Shown here: piece by piece, positions 21,086 to 24,884 of the stretch
Position numbering within the stretch: the first letter of the stretch is position 1
Layout: the number at the start of each line of letters is the position of its first letter
Source: Octopus sinensis
Taxonomy: Eukaryota
DNA length: 24,884 nucleotides
Assembly: GCF_006345805.1 (NCBI RefSeq)
Contig: NW_021836226.1
Coordinates: forward strand, 1 to 24,884
Direction: 5' to 3'
Translations under genes and position numbers: made by a program
Notes under the pieces: model-generated
The model's input: only the letters and a program-made list of their open reading frames with translations
Databases searched by the model: none
What the model was told of the DNA's origin: nothing

Positions 21086-23100
21086 ATAATTGTAAAAGCA
21101 GATATTAGGAATGCTGTAGTCATTGAGAATGTTGACTTCTACAGAAATTATTGGACCCGAACTATTATAAAAATGTAAAAGATAACCAATTATCAGAAAC
21201 TAAGAAAAAAGCTTAGTACCTACTTTTTGCTATGCTGAAAAGGTTTAACAAACAAGGAATGCGACTACGATTTTTTTTTTGTCTGTATGTGTAAACAAGC
21301 ATTTCATACAATCTCCTAAAAACTCATAGGGGCAAAACAATATAGGACGCCCGTCATAAAGCCAACCTAAACTTATATAGAAATACCATACCTGGACGAT
21401 CTTAAATTACGACCAGTTGTAGCAGGTGAGACATTCAGGCTTCAAAACTTTGCAGGTTCTGTTGAAACTTATCTTGAAATAGATACCAAGCTTTATAAGA
21501 CAGTACTTGTACTTGATCAACCATTTTCCGAAAAATATTAAGGCAGACTTCTTTACTGAATTATTTGATGTGACAAACCTCTGTAATACTATCTCTGTAA
21601 TACTTTGTTTTTAGTCTATAAACTAAAAGCCAGAGAAATCTAACTTTAAAAATTATCTCATGCGATCCCAGACCTAATAGACAAATGACTAATTACTGAA
21701 GGAATGAAATTCATCTTAAAATTAATATTTTTGACTTCAGTAGTTGCATTTACAAACATATCAGGGACTGCAGTGGGAATGACATCAGTCCCGATTTACG
21801 CAAATTTTGTTAAGGCTGACCTAGAAGTTCAAATATATGAATGATATAAACTAATGCATAGCATCAGTTCCCACGAGTACCAATTATACAAATTGGGAAC
21901 GTTACTTGGATAACTGCCGCATCCTGTAGACCTATGAACTTGATTAAGTTAATGAGTTCAGAATTCAAATTAATAACATAAACACCAATATGTATATCGT
22001 AGAAGAATACAGTCACAATCGACTATCTTTCCTGCAACTATCTTTTCGACATTCACTATAAAGCAACAGATTCAAAACAAAACTTACTCTTCAAGCCGCC
22101 CAAAACACACCAAACCAAATACGCCATTTAATCTGGTCAGAAGAATACGTTGAATCGTTTCGAATTTGGAAGTGAGCAGTAAAAGACACCAAGAACTAAA
22201 ATAAATGTAATTTAATAGACCATACCTAACAATGTTATTTGATAACGGAAAGCAAGATGTATTCAAAAATTGCGAAGAACAAAAACCAATTGCGATACAG
22301 CGAACGCTCTAGCTTAAGCCATAACACACAACGCAAGAAACGTACAACTTGATCCATAAAAATATCCCATTATTGAAGCAAAGTCCAACAATGAGAAAAA
22401 CGTTCGACGCATTCAAAATACTTAAAAGCAAAAGACAACCAAACGTCCCACAAAATTACTAAAAACATACCTGAAACAGATCGCTCCCACTGCATAACCT
22501 GTATCATCCTAATACAAGGGACATCCCATAAACTTAAGTTGGGACATGTCTTCACTTAAAAAAAAAAAAAATCACTTTGTCTGAGTGTCAAAAAATTTAA
22601 TTTCTGCTATTGAATGTAATGACCGTGACGAAACCTACATAGGCTAAATGAAACTGATTTGAGAGCCAGACTCATTATTCATTGACAACAAATACAATTC
22701 CAATACTCGACAAATTCCTTATTTCTTTACTACCCACAAGGGGCTAAACACCGAAGTGACAAAACAAGGACAGACATAGGGATTAAGTCAACCAGATCGA
22801 CCCCAGTGCGAAAGGATGAAAGGCAAAGTCGACCTCGGTGGAATTTGAACTCAGAACGTAGAGACAGACGAAATACTGCTAAGCATTTCGCCCGGCGTGC
22901 TAACGTTTCTGCCAGCTCGCCGCCTTAAAGAAAATACTCGACAGATTTCTTTAAATAAATATTTAGATATATTTTCACCAAATAAACCCGCAAATTCTTA
23001 GTTTTCCAACTTTATCTTTGTTCTGACAAAACTAATGAATATATGATTATTAAAGAAAATATGATTATTAAAAACGTAAACCACAACTGAATGAGCTAAA
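21086..23100 (+). mobile_element. Decayed Penelope-like element (reverse transcriptase plus GIY-YIG endonuclease)
   Basis: Ordered motifs across frameshifts: IIVKADIRNAVVI (from 21086), LKLRPVVAG (21401-21427), FDVTNL (21564-21581), GTAVG (21764-21778, cf. GTAMG), RYLDN (21900-21914, cf. RYxDD), DIHYKATDSKQ, PKHTK...PFNLVRRI, KSKRQP, HCITC, SKNLISAIECNDRDETYIG (22588-22644), then RQI...KPQLN after the SINE. Confidence 0.9.
22721..22926 (-). mobile_element. Young tRNA-derived SINE, family 2 variant, inserted in the Penelope GIY-YIG region, with 19-bp TSD
   Basis: Head AAGGCGGCGAGCTGGCAGAAACGTTAGC and B-box-like GAGTTCAAATTCC (22852-22840). Flanks AATACTCGACAAATTCCTT (22702-22720) and AATACTCGACAGATTTCTT (22933-22951) match at 17/19. 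About 27 nt are deleted internally relative to the 18655 copy. Confidence 0.92.
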
Positions 23101-23644
23101 GCAACATATTGCGCAGACACGTGGTTTGCACCTGCCTAAAACTTGAAACCGTAACGCGTTATATAAACGTTTTCGTTCTTTAAGATAGAAAGAATAAGAC
23201 AGGGATTTTAGTTGGTAACTATACACTTATGTCGTGCTTACATATGTTTCGGTGAGGATTACAAGGCCGAGTTATACAATCCTGCCCCAGTGTACAAATG
23301 TGATCGTCCCATCCCAAAGTAAACTCTGATGATGCGAAGATTTAATTGATACATTGGACTACAATTATTGAATTCAGTCTAACAATATTTACTAGATACA
23401 TGCAAGAATGACATGGGGTACGTTATTCAAGAACTAACATTTTAGCCTTGTTTTTCTAAGTTACACTCAGGTGTCTTTATCAAAACTGAGATCAGTGGCA
23501 AGGCAGTTCGACTAAATAATGAAAAAAAGTTTCCAATGTTTCTCTGACAGAGTACAAACGAATTCGTCCAGGTCTAAATTCTGGTTATGTTGTGCACTTT
23601 TACTCGCACATTATACGTATTTGTGCGTGCATACATGCGTGTTT

Positions 23645-23696
<52 letters not shown>

Positions 23697-24115
23697 CACA
23701 CACACACACACACATATATATAATATATATATATAATATATATATTATATATATATATATATACACATAAATGTTCCCCACACGTTTCGTTTTTCTCTCG
23801 CCGCTTTTTTTTTTCTCTCTTTCTCTCCATGTTTTTCTTCATCCTTCTCCGCCGAAGAGCGTAGACACAAAACGTCATGATACTTTCCATTTTTAACGCG
23901 AGCGTCAAGCTAATACACCTTGCTTGTAGTTCCCTGACCTGTCTGTCTTTTGCTTTTGCACACATTCTAACCATATATGTGTGTGCCACGCATGTAATGT
24001 TGTGTATATATATATATATATAATATACTATATATATATTATATATATTATATATATATTATAAATATATATATATATATGTAAATGTAAAAAAATACAA
24101 ACTGGGACAAGAACG

Positions 24116-24148
<33 letters not shown>

Positions 24149-24428
24149 ATATATACATACATATATATATCCCTTCCGGTCTTTCAAAATGTGACCTTGT
24201 GTGTACCGTAGGCGATTTTTTTTTCCCTCTGTCTTCCCTTCTCTGGATCGTTCCTTCACCTATGTTTCCGACGAAGAGCTCCGTTCGAAACGTTAAACCC
24301 TCCTACTTTCCTTCTTTCCTGAGCGTCCAATAATACTATATTTGTTCCACGTCCTCCGCGTTGTTGTTTTTTTGTGTTTTCTTGTTTGGATTAACTTTAT
24401 ATATGTATATATATACATATATACATAC

Positions 24429-24478
<50 letters not shown>

Positions 24479-24884
24479 TATATATAAGTATGTTATGTAT
24501 GTATGTTATATATATATATATATGTATTATATATATGTATATATATATGTATATATACATATATATATACATAATATATAACATACATATATATATATAA
24601 TCCATGTGTATGTATGTGCGTGTCTATGTGTGTATGTACGTATGTATGTATAAACATAGCTCTGAGTTGTTTTCGATTTGTGTGTATGTGTTTACGAGTG
24701 CGTGTATGTGTATTTGTCAATTAAGATATATATAGATACATAGACAGATAATGCACAGATAATGAGGTGTTGATAAACGAAGATAGGTGAAAAGGAGAAA
24801 GAAAGAAAGGGTGTGAGAGAAAGAGAGATAGAAAAAGAGAGAGAGGAAGAATGGAAACGGTAAAGGAAAAAGAAAATGAGGAAA
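23645..24884. repeat. (CA)n, (TA)n, (TATG)n blocks and a terminal GA-rich tract
   Basis: Blocks at about 23645-23765, 23985-24170, 24395-24760 and 24790-24884. Confidence 0.85.

Noticed and set aside
23237-23280. Possible minus-strand exon DCITRPCNPHRNI with GTAAGC donor
   Set aside because: Weak acceptor, and joining it to exon a would create TAA at the junction.
24250-24320. Possible minus-strand exon ERRKVGGFNVSNGALRRKH ending AG|GTGAAG
   Set aside because: Poor acceptor and no phase-compatible partner found.
40-24720. The many 60-225 aa ORFs rich in IY, HT, VC, poly-L, poly-H or poly-T/P
   Set aside because: They are translations of (TA)n, (CA)n and trinucleotide repeats that lack stop codons, open in several frames on both strands, with no domain content.

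Overview
AT-rich eukaryotic genomic DNA dominated by compound microsatellites and decayed retroelements. The SINE families match what I recall as abundant octopus (coleoid cephalopod) repeats; this is recognition from memory, not a database result. There is no prokaryotic system, CRISPR array, rRNA or complete tRNA, and almost every ORF in the supplied track is a translation of (TA)n, (CA)n or trinucleotide runs. Supported content: (1) at least seven tRNA-derived SINE copies or fragments from about three head/tail architectures, three with clear target-site duplications; (2) a minus-strand nest of restriction-like-endonuclease (RLE, R4/HERO/NeSL-type) LINE relics at about 8.4-11.0 kb, one interrupted by a two-level minisatellite; (3) a 2-kb Penelope-like relic (RT plus GIY-YIG) at 21.1-23.1 kb with a SINE inserted in its endonuclease region; (4) a decayed ORF1-like frame at 14.0-14.6 kb. 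The best lead for host function is three short, phase-compatible candidate exons on the minus strand (15058-15000, 13182-13137, 11560-11514). They splice to a Cys-containing peptide I cannot name. Upstream of them lie a candidate AG|GT recursive splice site (16685/16684) and a candidate 6-nt microexon. I do not see a clearly new biological system; the findings are testable leads, mostly about splicing and retroelement modularity.
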